Source: Octopus sinensis
Lineage: Eukaryota
Length of the DNA: 64,000 nucleotides
Assembly: GCF_006345805.1 (NCBI RefSeq)
Contig: NC_043013.1
Location: 248,001-312,000, forward strand
Direction: 5' to 3'
This document shows, piece after piece, positions 9,940 to 23,530 of this stretch (its first letter is position 1; each line of letters opens with the position of its first letter). A program made the position numbers and the translations under genes. A model generated the notes under the pieces. That model worked only from the letters and a program-made list of their open reading frames with translations. It had not been told where the DNA came from and did not search any database.

Positions 9940-10260
9940 GATCAAGCTGTGAGGAGAAACCATTTCAGGAACAGCGAGAGAAGTGATGAGGAATCAGGAT
10001 GTCTGTGGATCAGGGTTTGTTGGAGAGTATTGATGAGTGACATCAAATGATTCCAATCAGTCGAGTAGCCTTTCTTTGAGTGCCATCTAAGTGGTCATTA
10101 TTTGTAGCTGTGCCATTCTAGATGTGGGGGAACTGCATTCAAGAAACGTTGCAGAGGGTTACTAACTGCTGGGGACGATATTATTTTTTGGCCCTTAAAG
10201 AAAAGAGATCCTTTGTGATGTAGTCTTAGAGTTATTCCATCAGTGCTGACTTGGGGCAAA
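9940..10260 (-). mobile_element. Highly decayed LINE C-terminal remnant (CR1/L2-like)
   Basis: Minus frame reads HLDGTQRKATRLI, resembling the LDxIQxRAxRLI motif of CR1/L2-group ORF2; broken by stops and frameshifts. Confidence 0.4.
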
Positions 10261-11214
10261 ACAACAACATCACTCCTGTTTACTATTCATACCACCACTA
10301 TCATTGCTGCTGCTGCTACTACTACTACTACAAGCATGTAATGCCTCGTAAGACTTGATGATTTCTTCATACAAGTTTTTTTACTGAAGCTGGTTGTTGG
10401 TTTGTCTTTGTTTTTTTCTTTACAGTTTTACATTGTTTAAATTTTTGATTTTTATGTAAGTATTTTTTTTATTTATGTTGTTATTTCATAATTTATTGGC
10501 TGTAAAAAAATAATATTTCCAGCCCATGCCACAGGGTTCCCTCGTTCAAACGATCTGATGGCTTCTCTCATAGGTGTTTGGCTCAAGTGACCCAATCTGT
10601 TTTTCATGCCACTCAAATTCTATCTATTTTCTTTTAATTGCTGTTTCTGTTTATGATATTCATGTAATTACTTTAGTGTAATTTTAAATTTTTGAAAGTC
10701 TTTAGAAATGATATGCCTCTGACCCTTGTTTTTGTTTTGTTACTTTGGCTTTTTACTTGCCTACAACCTAAGCAGCAAAACCCCTTTTACTTTCCCACTC
10801 TGATGAACTTCAAGACCCAACCCATGCAGCAGGAATCAGCAACTTCATTTTGTAAAAAATTAATTTTGATATTTTTAAAAACTTTTTTTTACATTTTCCC
10901 ATTATTTACTTCTATATAACATCATTTTTAAAATAGAATTATCCCTGCATATCTCCCATCCCTATTTCCATCACTAGTAACAATTATCTTATCCATATCA
11001 TAGCTATTATTATTATGTACGACGCATTGACTGCTGCCCCTGAATAACCCTACATTGATATCTTTTATTTCATTGTTAAGGATACGTAGGATGTGGAGGC
11101 CACCCAGATAGCTGCCTCTGCTACAGTTGCCTCCTCAACATAGGATCAATGATCTTCAATTACAATAAGAGTAATAACATTAGGAACACCCTCACAGATC
11201 TTGTAATTGTAGGT

Positions 11215-11500
11215 CCACCAACAACTGTCCTCTGAACAAAATCATTTTTGGAAAAGAACTAGTGTATAAGGCTAACATCGCTAAATTATACAAGACCATG
11301 AAAACATGCATTGGAATGAATGGAAATGCCTTCAAGAAAAGACACAGGCAACACTTGGCAGCATTTAGAGATTAGTACAAAAGGAATGCAACATCTTTAT
11401 CAAATATGACATGGAACCTTGAAGATAGATAGGAGCATGGACAAATCTCCTCCATTTGAACTAAGGCATCATAGCCAAGGCTAGCAAATACTAAGGTTGA
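11215..11500 (+). mobile_element. Penelope-like element GIY-YIG endonuclease remnant
   Basis: NCPLNK...LVYKANIAKLYKTMKTCIGMNGNAFKKRHRQHLAAFRD*YKRNATSLSNMTWNLED matches the PLE pattern CPL..IVYKA..YIG....FK.R...H..SF.....T.LS..IW.LK. Confidence 0.7.
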
Positions 11501-12324
11501 TATGCCTTTTGACATCATTTAAGATTTGATATACTCACTACTAAATTTTGGTTCCAATGTCTATGAATTTCTAGAAAGTTTCCTGATCTATTTCTCTCAA
11601 CTAACATACCTTATACAAGATGAGCAACTGAGAAGTAATACACAGATTATTATTACAAGGAATAATTGAGTAACCAAGCCAAGGAATGATATAGCTATAA
11701 TTTATTTTTTATTTACTTATTTTTTGTATATGGCATCCAACAAGCCAACCACTGGTTCTTTGCATTTCTGAGAGTGAGAATTGAGAAGGGAGTATCTCTA
11801 AGTCAATGCAGAACAAATATATGAAGTGACTTACTTTGTAAAGTGTTAGCTTTTTTGTTTCCTGCTAATTTTTGTATACTTTCTAATATGTACTGGCAAA
11901 AGATATGCTTATACATTTTATACATGCATGTATACACACACACACACACATGCATGTATGCATAGATGCACACACAAACACACACATGCACTCATGCATG
12001 GATGCAGACAACACACACACACACACTCTCCCACATGCACACACTCACACACACACTCCCCCCACACGCCACATGCACATTCAAAGTTATTGATCAACTT
12101 GGGACTATGGTAAGATTGAACTAAGAGCCACACAGTTTACAAAGTAAATGTCTTCAGTATATAACCTGGCCTGCACACACAGTAATTCAAATGGGGAAAA
12201 GATGGATGTATGAGATTTGCTTGAATAGAAGTTGAGCTCTGAGAAGCATGAAGTCAGGCATGAGATGCTTTACAATCAGAGACTGAAGACATTTGTTATT
12301 GAACTGACAGACAAGGAAGTACCA

Positions 12325-12480
12325 GTACATGCAGTAAAGTGGTTGGCATTAGGAAGGGCATTGAGTTACAGAAATCACACCAATGCAAGCACTGGAGTTC
12401 AGTGCCACCCTGCAGCTTGCTGGATTCTGTCAAACCCACATCAGCATTGAAAATGGATCTTAAATGATGATGATGATGTG
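12325..12480 (+). mobile_element. RTE 3'-UTR fragment
   Basis: ggttggcattaggaagggcat motif and (gat)n tail. Confidence 0.55.
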
Positions 12481-12897
12481 TGTGTGTGTCTGGAATGTAT
12501 CCTTGCAATTTCAAAGACACTCTGACTTGTACCAGAGCCCATTCACACTGAAAAACAATGATTAATGGAAATACTTGGTAGATTCGTTACAGAGTTCTGC
12601 ATTGTTTTTTTGAGGATATTCTATGAGGCAGGAATGTGGGAAATGTTTTTACATGTAATATATGGTCATGGGAACTTCCTTGCTTTAGCATGTCTCACAC
12701 TGGAGATATTTGAGTGAAAGGGGAGAGAAAGATCACAGGCAAAACAGATTAAAATGAAACAATAACATAAAACGAACATTTATTAGAAATCATTGCTTCT
12801 TTTTGTTTATATTTTTTCATTAATTATTTAATGGTTTACTTATGTATTGTGTGTCCATTGAAATGTTGAACTGGTTTATGATTCATAAATATTGCAG

Positions 12898-13037
12898 TTA
12901 AAGACGCAAATTGAAAGAGTTGAAATGATTACAACAAACACTGGCTCTATAAAATGGTGCGTCACGTACAAAGACGTCGAAGACTCGTCTGCACCCTCCA
13001 CATCTGAAACCTATGACTCTGTCGTAGTTTGCAATGG
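12898..13037 (+). CDS. Flavin-containing monooxygenase exon (absent from the ORF track)
   Basis: ttgcag|TTA...; LKTQIERVEMITTNTGSIKWCVTYKDVEDSSAPSTSETYDSVVVCNG; GG|gtaatt; 140 nt, phase 0 to 2, joins both neighbours in frame. Confidence 0.9.
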
Positions 13038-13605
13038 GTAATTCACTGAACAAAAAGAAAAATAATCTTGTTTTTCTTTATTCATAAATTTATTTTTAAT
13101 ATATAAAACTAAAAAAGTATTTTTCTTAAAACATTTTCCCTCAAATATTTTTTTCTTCATTTTTAAATCTTTTCTAAATCATTTTAATTAAAGTAAAAAG
13201 AAAATTATTTAGGCGATTTTATAAACTAAAACAATTCTAAAAAAAAAGAAAACATTTTTCAACAGCTTTGACTAATTTATAGGCTTCTCTCATTTTTATT
13301 ATTTCATATTCCTTAAATTTATTTTGCCAAGGAACCTTCACATGATTTCCCAAAAGTTGTGGAACTATACTGTTATTTTGCAGAGACCCTCAACAAAACT
13401 TGTTTTGAAGAATTTTATCATTAAAAAATGACATGTAACTTATTTTGAAAATGGCAAATGACATTTTTTATAAAATAGTAGTTTATCAAGTTTTATTAGA
13501 ATCCTTTAATTTGGGGAATCGTAGAATTTTTTGCAAAATCCTAGGATTCCTCAGATCCCATTTTGGGAAATACTGGGTTAAGCAGTAGTTCCTAACTATT
13601 TTATA

Positions 13606-14450
13606 AAGGGTCCAGTGAATAAACTAAATTACACAAAAATGAAAATAACACTGACATCTCATTTTAACAGATATATTTACCAAAATTACATAAAAATATC
13701 TTGAAATACTAAAGAGTAAATTTATTCAATAAAATTACTATTGGCTTCAGCCACAGCTTTTGGAATCTCCTGCAACTCTTCTGGACGGTCTCCTTGTTTA
13801 AGTTGGTGAATGCTGCCATAATCCTTGCCTTCAGTTCATCTTTGGTGTTATAAAGAGTTTTGTTGGTCTCTCACTCAACTGCACCCCACACGTAATAATC
13901 AAGGGGGTTGCAGTCTGGGGAGTTAGGAGGCCAGATGTTAGGGGTGATGTGATTGCAGAAATTGTTTGACAGCCATGACTGGGTTCTCCTGCTTGTGTGA
14001 CATGGTGCAGAGTCCTGTTCCAGCAGCCACCCTCTTGACCCAGGGCAGTACTACCTTCTCCAGGTACTTGATTTAGGATTCCATGTTGACATGTTGAGTC
14101 TGAGGCCATGTGGGAAGATGAATGGAGGCATAACGTTGCCATCACTAGTGATCACCCCAAACACCATGATGTTGACTGGATGTTTGAGTTTTATCACTCT
14201 CGGTACATGTCCTCAGATTGGCACCGAAACACTCTGAAATGTTTGTATTGGAACCACTGTCATGAATGCTAAGCAGCACAGATGTCATTTCTAAATTTCT
14301 GGCAGAGTGAATTGCTTGATGGTGCTGTTTTTCTCACAGATGGTGCCCAACTGACCCTACTATACTATGTAGTCAACAACTCACAAACAAACAATGCACA
14401 TGCATGAAATTAAAAATATAAAATGGCAACAATTTACCCATTGTACCCTG
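13606..14450 (-). mobile_element. Internally deleted Tc1/mariner-superfamily transposon (maT/DD37D-like)
   Basis: Minus strand KHPVNIMVFGVITSDGNVMPPFIF...QDSAPCH...WPPNSPDCNPLDYYVWGAVE; TIR cagggtacaatgggtaaatt at the right end with TA, degenerate partner at about 13606. Confidence 0.8.
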
Positions 14451-15691
14451 TATATTATATATATGAATAAGCTATAAGCTCGTAAGAAGAAAGGGGTAGG
14501 ATTATGAACTTAAAACAATGTAGAATTATTATTCTATCATTCTGGGTCAACTTTGCCCTTCATTTTTCAACATTAGGATTGATATAATAAACACTAATGA
14601 AATACTGAACTGGTTTCACCAACTTCTCTTCATCATTCTTGATATTTCATGTCTTGTGCTCCAGTTTGTAATCATTGGAGGTTTTTCTCATGTATGGAGA
14701 TAGGCTTGACCCCTGCTTGAGGTCAGTTTCACTTCTCTTCTACCTATAATCTCTTAGAGAAGAAATAAACATTACATCATCACATTTAGCCTCCAAAAAT
14801 AGAGAATCTTTATAGACAAAAAAACAAACAAACAGCAACTAAACAAATTGACATTGTTGCTAATTAATTGGCCATCATCCTTACTTTAACAGATTTATGA
14901 TTAAAAGTATTTCAGACAAGATCATACTATTGTCTTTTTGTGGGCTATTTTCTTTCAAGACTTATTGTATGTAGAATTATGCTTCGGTGAATAGGCACTA
15001 AAATAACATCTGACTTTTCATAACAGTGGTTGCAATGCAATGACAGACAACATTGAGAAGGCTTAATGGAACATCATAAGTTATTATAAGAAGAAATGAT
15101 GATAGCATTAAATCAAGGTTTACTTGACAGCATTCAGAAGTATAGCAGAAAAGTTTGAGCTACTTGTTATAGGGTCACAAATCCAGAAGACTGTGTAGGC
15201 AGCATGAATAACATGTAACACTTACTGTATATTGTAAAATGTCCACATGGGGGGGAGTTGAGCTCTGACAGTGACATGACAAATTACGGCTGACTTTCTT
15301 AGGGGCTTGGCTGAGACTGATTAAAATTTTCCTGCGACTTAATGACAGGCGGCAGCGTGTATCTATGTGTGAGCTATAATGGCTGGCTATATCAACTAAA
15401 TCATGCATTGATGGATAACAGTTCCACCAAAATACTATCCAGTGTGTCCTTGTAAGTTCATTTAAATGATGGAGTGTGATTTGAGGCACATTCAGCTGTA
15501 GTTTTCAGCTAGGCAATCATTCACATAGAATCTTCCTTGCTGCCATTTAATGTAAAAGGAAAAAGTGAAACACTTCAAACAAACAGATTCTAAATTGCTT
15601 TAGAATAACCATTTATGATTCATAGAACTTAGAAATCCTTTCAGCACAAACAAAGCAGCAATTATTTGTATCTATTTTATTCCTCATCACA

Positions 15692-15917
15692 TTAACTCTT
15701 TAGCATCCAGGTTACTCTGTCAAATGTGTTTCTTCTTTATTCACATTGTTTTGAATTAATCCTGAATTATCTTGTACCTTCAAGATATCAAGATGTGATT
15801 GTTCATTTTTAGAATGACATTGTTGGGTAGGTGTGAAAGATTGAACCTGGCTAGTTTGAACATAAACAGGTAGAATATTTGGGCCGGATATGGACGGTTT
15901 AAATACTAAGAGGTTAA
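15692..15917. mobile_element. TTAA-flanked MITE (piggyBac-type termini)
   Basis: ttaactctttagcat...atactaagaggttaa; homologous to 34321-34519 and 54718-54940. Confidence 0.6.
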
Positions 15918-18900
15918 AATTCTTCTAAGTTCTTTTTCTCTTATTTACTCTGCTAAACTTTCACTGAGTGTTCACTTTTATATTTTATTCCTTCATGGTT
16001 GAAGAAATATCCTGAATTGCTTTTGAAACCATCAAACTATTTGACAGCCTGCAGCTTCAATTCCTGCCTAACATATTAATGGCCTTCAGCCAATTGTTAA
16101 ACAACAATTACTATTCAATTTTTTAAAGTATGATTTTTTTTTTAAATACCTCCATGAGTTTTAAACAAATAACAGTTTTTTAAAAATCCATGAATTGAAT
16201 TTAAAACTAAATTTTTTTCTTTGTTTTTCTCTCTAGATATTTTTTTATTTTAATTATTTGATGATTTGGAAAATTATTTAAATATTTTCATTAACCTTTT
16301 TTCATCTTCATTTTCTCCCTCCCCCTTGTCTTTTCTCCCTCCCCCTTGTCTTTTCTCCCCCTCTTTCTCTTTCTCCCTACTTTTCTTCCTTTGTGCTTCT
16401 TATAATATTTAGAAAATTATAGAGATAAAATATACAAACATTATAGTAAAACTATGTATTCCCCCCGTAAATTCTATCATAAAACCACACACACACTCAC
16501 AAACATAAATACCATCATAGAAACCCTGGTAGTTAAAGTAAGGTATTGACCAGCTGAGACAGGGCTGTGGATATTAAGTTTAACATAAAAGTAAATGGGT
16601 CCTTCATCAGTTTGGACAATGATCATTAATCCAGTTATGCACTTGCATCGTTAACCAAATTCTCAGGCAAAATCAGTGTGACACTGTGTGTAAGAAAGTT
16701 GGCCCTTTATATTAAGGGTCCACTCCATCCAACAGGCTCCCACAGTTTTCATTTACCTACTTTCACTTAAGAAGGCCTGAGTCAACCTGAGACTTGCCCA
16801 AATAGTACAGAGTGGGATTGAACCTGAGACCTCGTTGTTATCAAGTCAACTTCTTAATCCCTTGTATGTGTTTACGTTTGTTGTTAAATCGAGTATTGTG
16901 TCCCACTGTCTCAAACTTAGCAGTTCATCAAGCAGAGGCCTATAAAATAAATGCCAGATTGAAATACGTACTGAGGTTAGTATGATCAATTAAATTTTTG
17001 AAGGTGATACCCCATCATGAGGACATTCAAAATACTAAACCCAGTAAAATAATGTTTAAAGACTTAATGGCTTCAAATTTAAGGTAATGGATTACTAACC
17101 ACAAGATAATGAGTTGAAAACTTTATACTGAACTTCCACTCTATACGATAAACACTATTTGTACATCTCAGTCTACTTGACTTCCAACAATTAGCAATTG
17201 TAGTTTGAAGTTGAATGGTAAGCAGTCAGAAAGATGTCCAGATTTCTTTAAAAATTATTCTGAAGCAAAATATTCTGAGAAAAAGTAATTTTTGTCACCA
17301 CAACAAAACACACACACACACACACACACACGCAGGTATGTCTCAGGCAGAGTTGCCTTCCTTAGCTACAAACCTCAAAATTGTGCGACCTGACCTTGTT
17401 TTTGAGGTTATTTTTGTAGTAAAAAAGAAGTGTTGTGCAAAAAACATACTTTATTTGGTAGTCAAATCTTTTGATACCTCATACATCAAAATCAGCAACT
17501 CAGTTCTTGAATCCATAAGGAACATATGCAGACACACAGACACACATACAAACTCTGTTTTATATATAAGATAACGTCACCATTTTGAGTTAAATGGATT
17601 AGACACAGATGTTTCATAGATTTCATATTCTTTCAAGCCCCTCCAGCCTTCATGTCTGGATCTCTTTCAATTCAAAAGTCCAGAAAAGTGACTGAAGCAA
17701 ATAATATTGCAACTAACTCCTTAAACTTTTCATTACTGTATTTATTTTGAGAAGCTTTGTGTTTCTTTCAATTACTTTAAATATAACAAAGAATTTAGTA
17801 AAATAACTTAGTTATCATTAAGTTAGTGTTAAGAACATAAATTGTGACTAAGGTTTGGTGGAAGATTTTAATTCAAAACTTATGAAAACAAGACATTTGT
17901 ACTCGGAGCCAGAAGTGGTTTCAGCCAGGTTGGTAATGAAAGGGTTAAACTTTTACCATCTTATGTTGACTCATCTCAACCCAAACATTACAAGTTATAC
18001 CTTGTTATATTGCTTCATGGCCCAAAATATAGAAATACACAACTGAATACTCTCTCTTTCTCTCTCTCCTACAAAATTTACTTTTATCAGCTTCTGGATA
18101 ATATTCTTTTAAATATCTCTAACATTGTAATGATGCTTTATCATCACCTTTTATTTTTTATCTTAAGTTTCTCTTGTGTCTGGGGAGAGACATTCTCTTT
18201 TGGTGCCTTATAATTTAACATACGCACCAGTATAAAAAAGAAATAAGTGGAAATTTTACAGGTGAGTGTGTTGAATAATAAGGCACCAAAAGAGAATGAC
18301 TCTTCCCAGACACAACAGAATATGCTTCTACACACAAACTCACATACAGAATCTTGCAAATGAAATCCAAAAACGAAATTAAGTTTCTTTCTCATCCCAA
18401 AAATTCAAGTGAAACCTTTAAATAGTTTCACAAGAAACCATTACGGTTTAGCACACCTTCTGAGAATTTCAGCAAAAATAAACTTTTATCAGAAATCATC
18501 CCCTCTTTATCTGAAATATGATTCCTACAATGTTCAAATTAACTTAACAAAATGGCACTATAAGAGTTGTGATAAGTAGTAGGTACTACAAGACTAGATA
18601 TGCTACATAAATTTATTGTACGGTTATATATTTCACTTCTTAGAATTACACAAGACTACTCTGGATAACAGTTGCTATAAGACGGATATTATATAATACT
18701 TTTAAGTTGGCATATACAACTTAACATAAATCTTAAGTTGTATAGTCACCTGGCCTTTTTTTATTTTATTACAACTACCTTCAGATAACATCACTATTCA
18801 TGTTTTAATCTAAATAAATGTTGTCCCATTTGCTTTCTGCCCTCTTTCTCTCCTCATTCCTTCCTCTTCATTGTCTTCCTTCTTTTCTTTTCCAGCTAAT

Positions 18901-19842
18901 TTGTTGGAAATACTAAGGAACTCACATTTTTATCATAGATATTTTCATTGGAAATTATAGTCTAGGTTTTTTGGGGTTTTTTTTCCTTTGCTTATATCTT
19001 GCATTTGGAAAGTTGTTATATTGATACCTTTTGCATTAAAGATAAAAGAAAAACAAAACCAATAATCACAGATGCCATCTGTGTTGTGCGATAAATTCTG
19101 TTTATAAACTAATATTACTAAATGTTTAAAAGCCCTGAAGAAAGAAATATACCAAGAATTGGATGTACCAAATCTATAAAAAAGACCAAGGAAAGACAGG
19201 ACATGTCACTCTGGTCTCACTTCAGAGACAAACTCAATGACATTTATAAATAAAATTACAACTACAACACTTATAAATTCAGATGAAGTGAAAAACCTAC
19301 GAAAGACATCACTAGATGCCTGCTACACTCTACAATATAAAACTCTGAAAGCACCTCAAAAAATAACTTTACCAACAAATGTGATGCTGTGTATATATTT
19401 CCAAACCACTGCAGCAGTTCCCTGCACAACAGAGTGATGTTAATTATAATACAAATAAATGAAGCAGGATTCAATTAATCCATTTCTAAGTTGATTTATG
19501 TTGAAATCCAGGACCTTGCATTGGAACTGGAAGGTGAAATGAAAACAACAGAAAGGGAAAAAAATGAAAAAAATAACCCAACAAATTTTCATGTTCACCT
19601 TATTCTTTAGTTTTATTATCAAATATTGTTGGTATCAGTTTATTTTTACTGTTTTCTTTTTTTTTTCTGTAGGATAATTAAAAGTTATGAAAACTTAATT
19701 ACATTAGTTTTCTTGTAATTAGAATAATATAAATCATTAAATAGAAAATAAAAGTTATTAGATAGGAAAAAAAATCAATTCTAATGTTTTGAAAATATGA
19801 TTAAATTTTGTCTATTGTTTTGTCTTCCATTGTTCATTCCAG

Positions 19843-20020
19843 ACATTATTCTATACCAAATATTCCTGAAATACCTGGACTCAAGCAGTTTGAAGGATCT
19901 TTTCTACACAGTCATGATTATAGGGTCCCTGAAGTTTTCAAGGGAAAAACAGTTCTTTGTCTTGGAGGCGGAGCTTCTGGCATTGATATAGCAATGGACC
20001 TCACCAGTCAGGCAAAAAAG
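19843..20020 (+). CDS. Flavin-containing monooxygenase exon (FMO signature and NADPH-binding motif)
   Basis: ttccag|A CAT; HYSIPNIPEIPGLKQFEGSFLHSHDY (FxGxxxHxxxY) and GGGASG (GxGxxG); AAG|gttggc. Confidence 0.95.
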
Positions 20021-20151
20021 GTTGGCATAGAATTGTTTTTTTTATATTTATATAATTGTAGCAAGACATAAACCTGAAATGACTTGTCAGAAGGAAATTT
20101 TGCCTGTAATATAGTAGCTGAGTCAGTTGGATATTCTCTGTCTGTCTGTCT

Positions 20152-20222
<71 letters not shown>

Positions 20223-22903
20223 ATTGAAAGAAAGAAAATAGAGAATTATGGATGTTTAAACAATTTATTTGTATGATATAAAAATGTTGAAATTCTTTTA
20301 TAAAAACAATAGAAATAAATTATAAGTCGTAAAGCTCTAAAAGAAAAGGCAGATGCCAAAAAGTTGGATATTTGTTTTGATTCCTGCCCCTAGATGATAC
20401 GTAATTCTAAGCATTTGGTTATATGCTAAGAATTGGTATCATTTTCAGCTATATGGGGCAGAATCTCATGGAACAAAGGTTAACATATTTCTTGAAGGGA
20501 TGCAGACAAATTACTCAACTTCTTTCAGTAAAACCCTTTAAGGCACTGCTCCAGCTCTGTTGGTCCATTGCGTATTTTGAGTGAGATTGGGGGTTAAGTT
20601 GGGGGTTTTTACTTCCATTTTCTAGCAAGCTGGTGCTTCGTGTACCCTCTGATATAATTAGGAATTTATTCTATAGCTGTTTGACCCTTTTATTACTGTA
20701 TTTATTTCGAGATGTATATAATTTCTATACATAAATATTTTAAGTTCTTGACACAAGGGACATAACTCTATTTCATTTCCTAAGAAAATTCACTCTGAAT
20801 CTCTTCCATGATTTAAACTTTCCTCGTTCGTCCCTTACTATATTTTTGTATATATCCTTACTGCGTGAGCGCATACGTACACATTAATATGTATGCAGAT
20901 ACAGATAGATGCGAATAGACTTACACATTTATATTCTTACCTGTGTATCTCTCATCGTCAACGTATGAGGATCCGACAACCTATACTTTATTTGACAGTC
21001 ATAATACTTATGTCGAATGTGCCATTTAAGTCGCCCCAACGATTTGCAAAGAAGCAAGCAGATGCTGCAAGTATGAGGATTATGGGGTCACAACCGCTTC
21101 TCTTCTTTGCCTGGTTGAGAGAAAGTCTCTTATACCATTTCGATGGCTGCAAGGTGCTGTGGTCTATATTGACTGCTGAGATGTTACTCTTCGTCTTCTC
21201 CTCATATCTGAGCCCTGATCGACCAACATTCCTCGTCACACGCATGTCTGCCAACAATCATCTCCATGTGCAAATATATAAAACTAGTGAATTAATCCTG
21301 TAACGGTTTCATATTCTTCTCGCTTATATATGAAACATGACTCTTGCTAGCTTCTCTAGGCACCAGGGGTGGGGCAAAGGTTACCCAAGTCGGAAAAAAT
21401 TCCATGGAAAGTTGAAATCTTTGTTTCTGATTATGACTTTGTAAACCAACAAACAAAAAGAAAAAGAAACGATCTCCACCAGCAGACATCATTTAAAAAG
21501 GCTTCAATTGGTTTCACTTTCGATATTGAATAGTTTTGGTTTTTGTCCCGTGATCAGCAAGCATCTTCGTATTGCAGTATTTACAGAACAAATATATTCA
21601 ATAATGAAAGTAAATGGCTGGCTACCTTGGTCTGTAATATTTAACATTCAATTACATTTAGTAATTCCTGCTTGGCAGATTATGAAAGAAAGTATTTGTT
21701 GGAATAATTAATGTCTTTTGTTTTAAGAAAATTACTTTTAAGTATTACATAATGTTAATTGGGGATCTCTTTGGTTTGGCTGCCAAATTTTGAAATTTCA
21801 AAGTTTATTGAAAGCTTTAAAATTTGATACATTAATGTAGTTTTGCAAGCTGAATCTCAGGAGCTATTTCACTTTGTCCTGAAGAATTTTTTTAAAAACA
21901 ATATAGAGGTTTAAAGTCAGAAAACAGGATTTGGAAGCTGTCATTTTGTGTGTAACAGAACGTCTTGCCAACTGCAAGCAAATCAAATTCTGCTTTAGGC
22001 ACACCATATAACCCCCTCATCACGATTCTATTTTTTGGTATTTTCAAAAAATCTTTGTGAATTTGTATTTTACACATGAGAATTCATGTGATTATCCCAA
22101 GATATAACAGAAAGTTATTTTGGTGCATGATTTAAGGCCTATTTGGCTGTTATTTTTAGCACATCTGACGACCACTTCAGTGAGTGGAAAATATTAGTCA
22201 ACACGTGCTTTATTGCAGACAGAAAAGTTCTCATGCTTGGCTTCTTACTATGGAAACAGACATGAATGTGTCTGTAGCTTATAATTGGCTAAAATTATCC
22301 AAAATTTGAAAAATTTTAAAAGCTAAAACCTTGTTATTTATTGAATGAATTTCAAAGTTGTGATTAGCATATAAAACCATATCATTAGACCAAATATAAA
22401 ATCAATTTGAGCAGAAATTGAAGAGATTGAAAATTGGCAACCAAACAGAAAAGTTCTCTAGTTAGTCTACTCTATGAATGTCTTTAAAAATAAGCATCAC
22501 TGAAAATTTATTTTAAAATTGTTGTAAAAATGTCCTTCTTCAAAAGAATTAACCATTCTTATAGCTAGAATGGTTTACAGTAAGTTGTGCAATTTCAATT
22601 AGTCTCTTCTGTAGTTGTGTGAGAAACTTCAATCCTGGAACAAGCTATTCACTATTTATAGAACTATTTGCCTTCTTATGAATGAGTCTCTTAATGTAAA
22701 GATGTGTCATTCTAAATCGTTTATATGGCCATAACTATCCTTAATTTAATTTATATACTTAAATAGGGGTTAATATTAAGGTCATGCATAGAGAACAATT
22801 TCTGTGCAATGTCTAACACGGTAATCTGCTTGAGACCCGTTACAAGTGCCTTTTTGATTGTTGCCTACATTTATACAAATTAATTTCATTTAATTTGTTT
22901 CAG

Positions 22904-23530
22904 GTATTTCTCAGCCATCGTGGTAAGCAAATAACCAGCCCATTGCCAGAAAACCTTGAAGAAACTGTCGAAATAAAAAGTTTTTCTGAAAATTTTGTGA
23001 ATCTCAAAGATGGCCGTGATTTAGAAGTTGACACAGTAATTTTCTGTACCGGATACAAATATGATTTTCCTTTCCTCACTAAAGAATGTAACCTGAATAT
23101 AACTGATGGACGAGTTTACCCACTGTTTAAACATATTGTTCATGCTAAACATCCCTCACTCAATTTCATTGGTGTCACAAAGAAAGTTTGTCCTTTTCCA
23201 ACATTCCATTGTCAAGTGCAGTTTATGATGGCCAATTTGGATGGTTCAATGAAACTACCTTCTTATGAAGAAATGCTTCAAGACATAGAGAAAGATTATG
23301 AGACAAGACGGAATGAGGGGATGCCTCATCGACATACACATACAATGGTTGGTCGAAAACAATGGGACTACAACGATGACATCACTTCAATGGCTGAGAC
23401 GAGACCAATTTCAAAACAAGTGAGAGATTTGTTTGACAAAATTCACTACACCAGGATCAATAATCTTTTGGAGTATAAGAAATACAACTATTACTTGAAG
23501 AATGACAACTATGTCGGAGTGCAGAACTAG
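22904..23530 (+). CDS. Flavin-containing monooxygenase terminal exon
   Basis: tttcag|GTA; VFLSH...DTVIFCTGYKYDFPFL...LFKHIVH...FIG; TAG at 23528-23530. The four exons total 1084 nt = 360 codons plus stop, one open frame. Confidence 0.95.
   Translation, partial: VFLSHRGKQITSPLPENLEETVEIKSFSENFVNLKDGRDLEVDTVIFCTGYKYDFPFLTKECNLNITDGRVYPLFKHIVHAKHPSLNFIGVTKKVCPFPTFHCQVQFMMANLDGSMKLPSYEEMLQDIEKDYETRRNEGMPHRHTHTMVGRKQWDYNDDITSMAETRPISKQVRDLFDKIHYTRINNLLEYKKYNYYLKNDNYVGVQN

Noticed and set aside
22160-22200. CTGACGA-CCACT/AGTGG-AAAATATTA hammerhead look-alike
   Set aside because: No stem I, and the sequence is a decayed copy of another dispersed repeat (compare 15470-15510).
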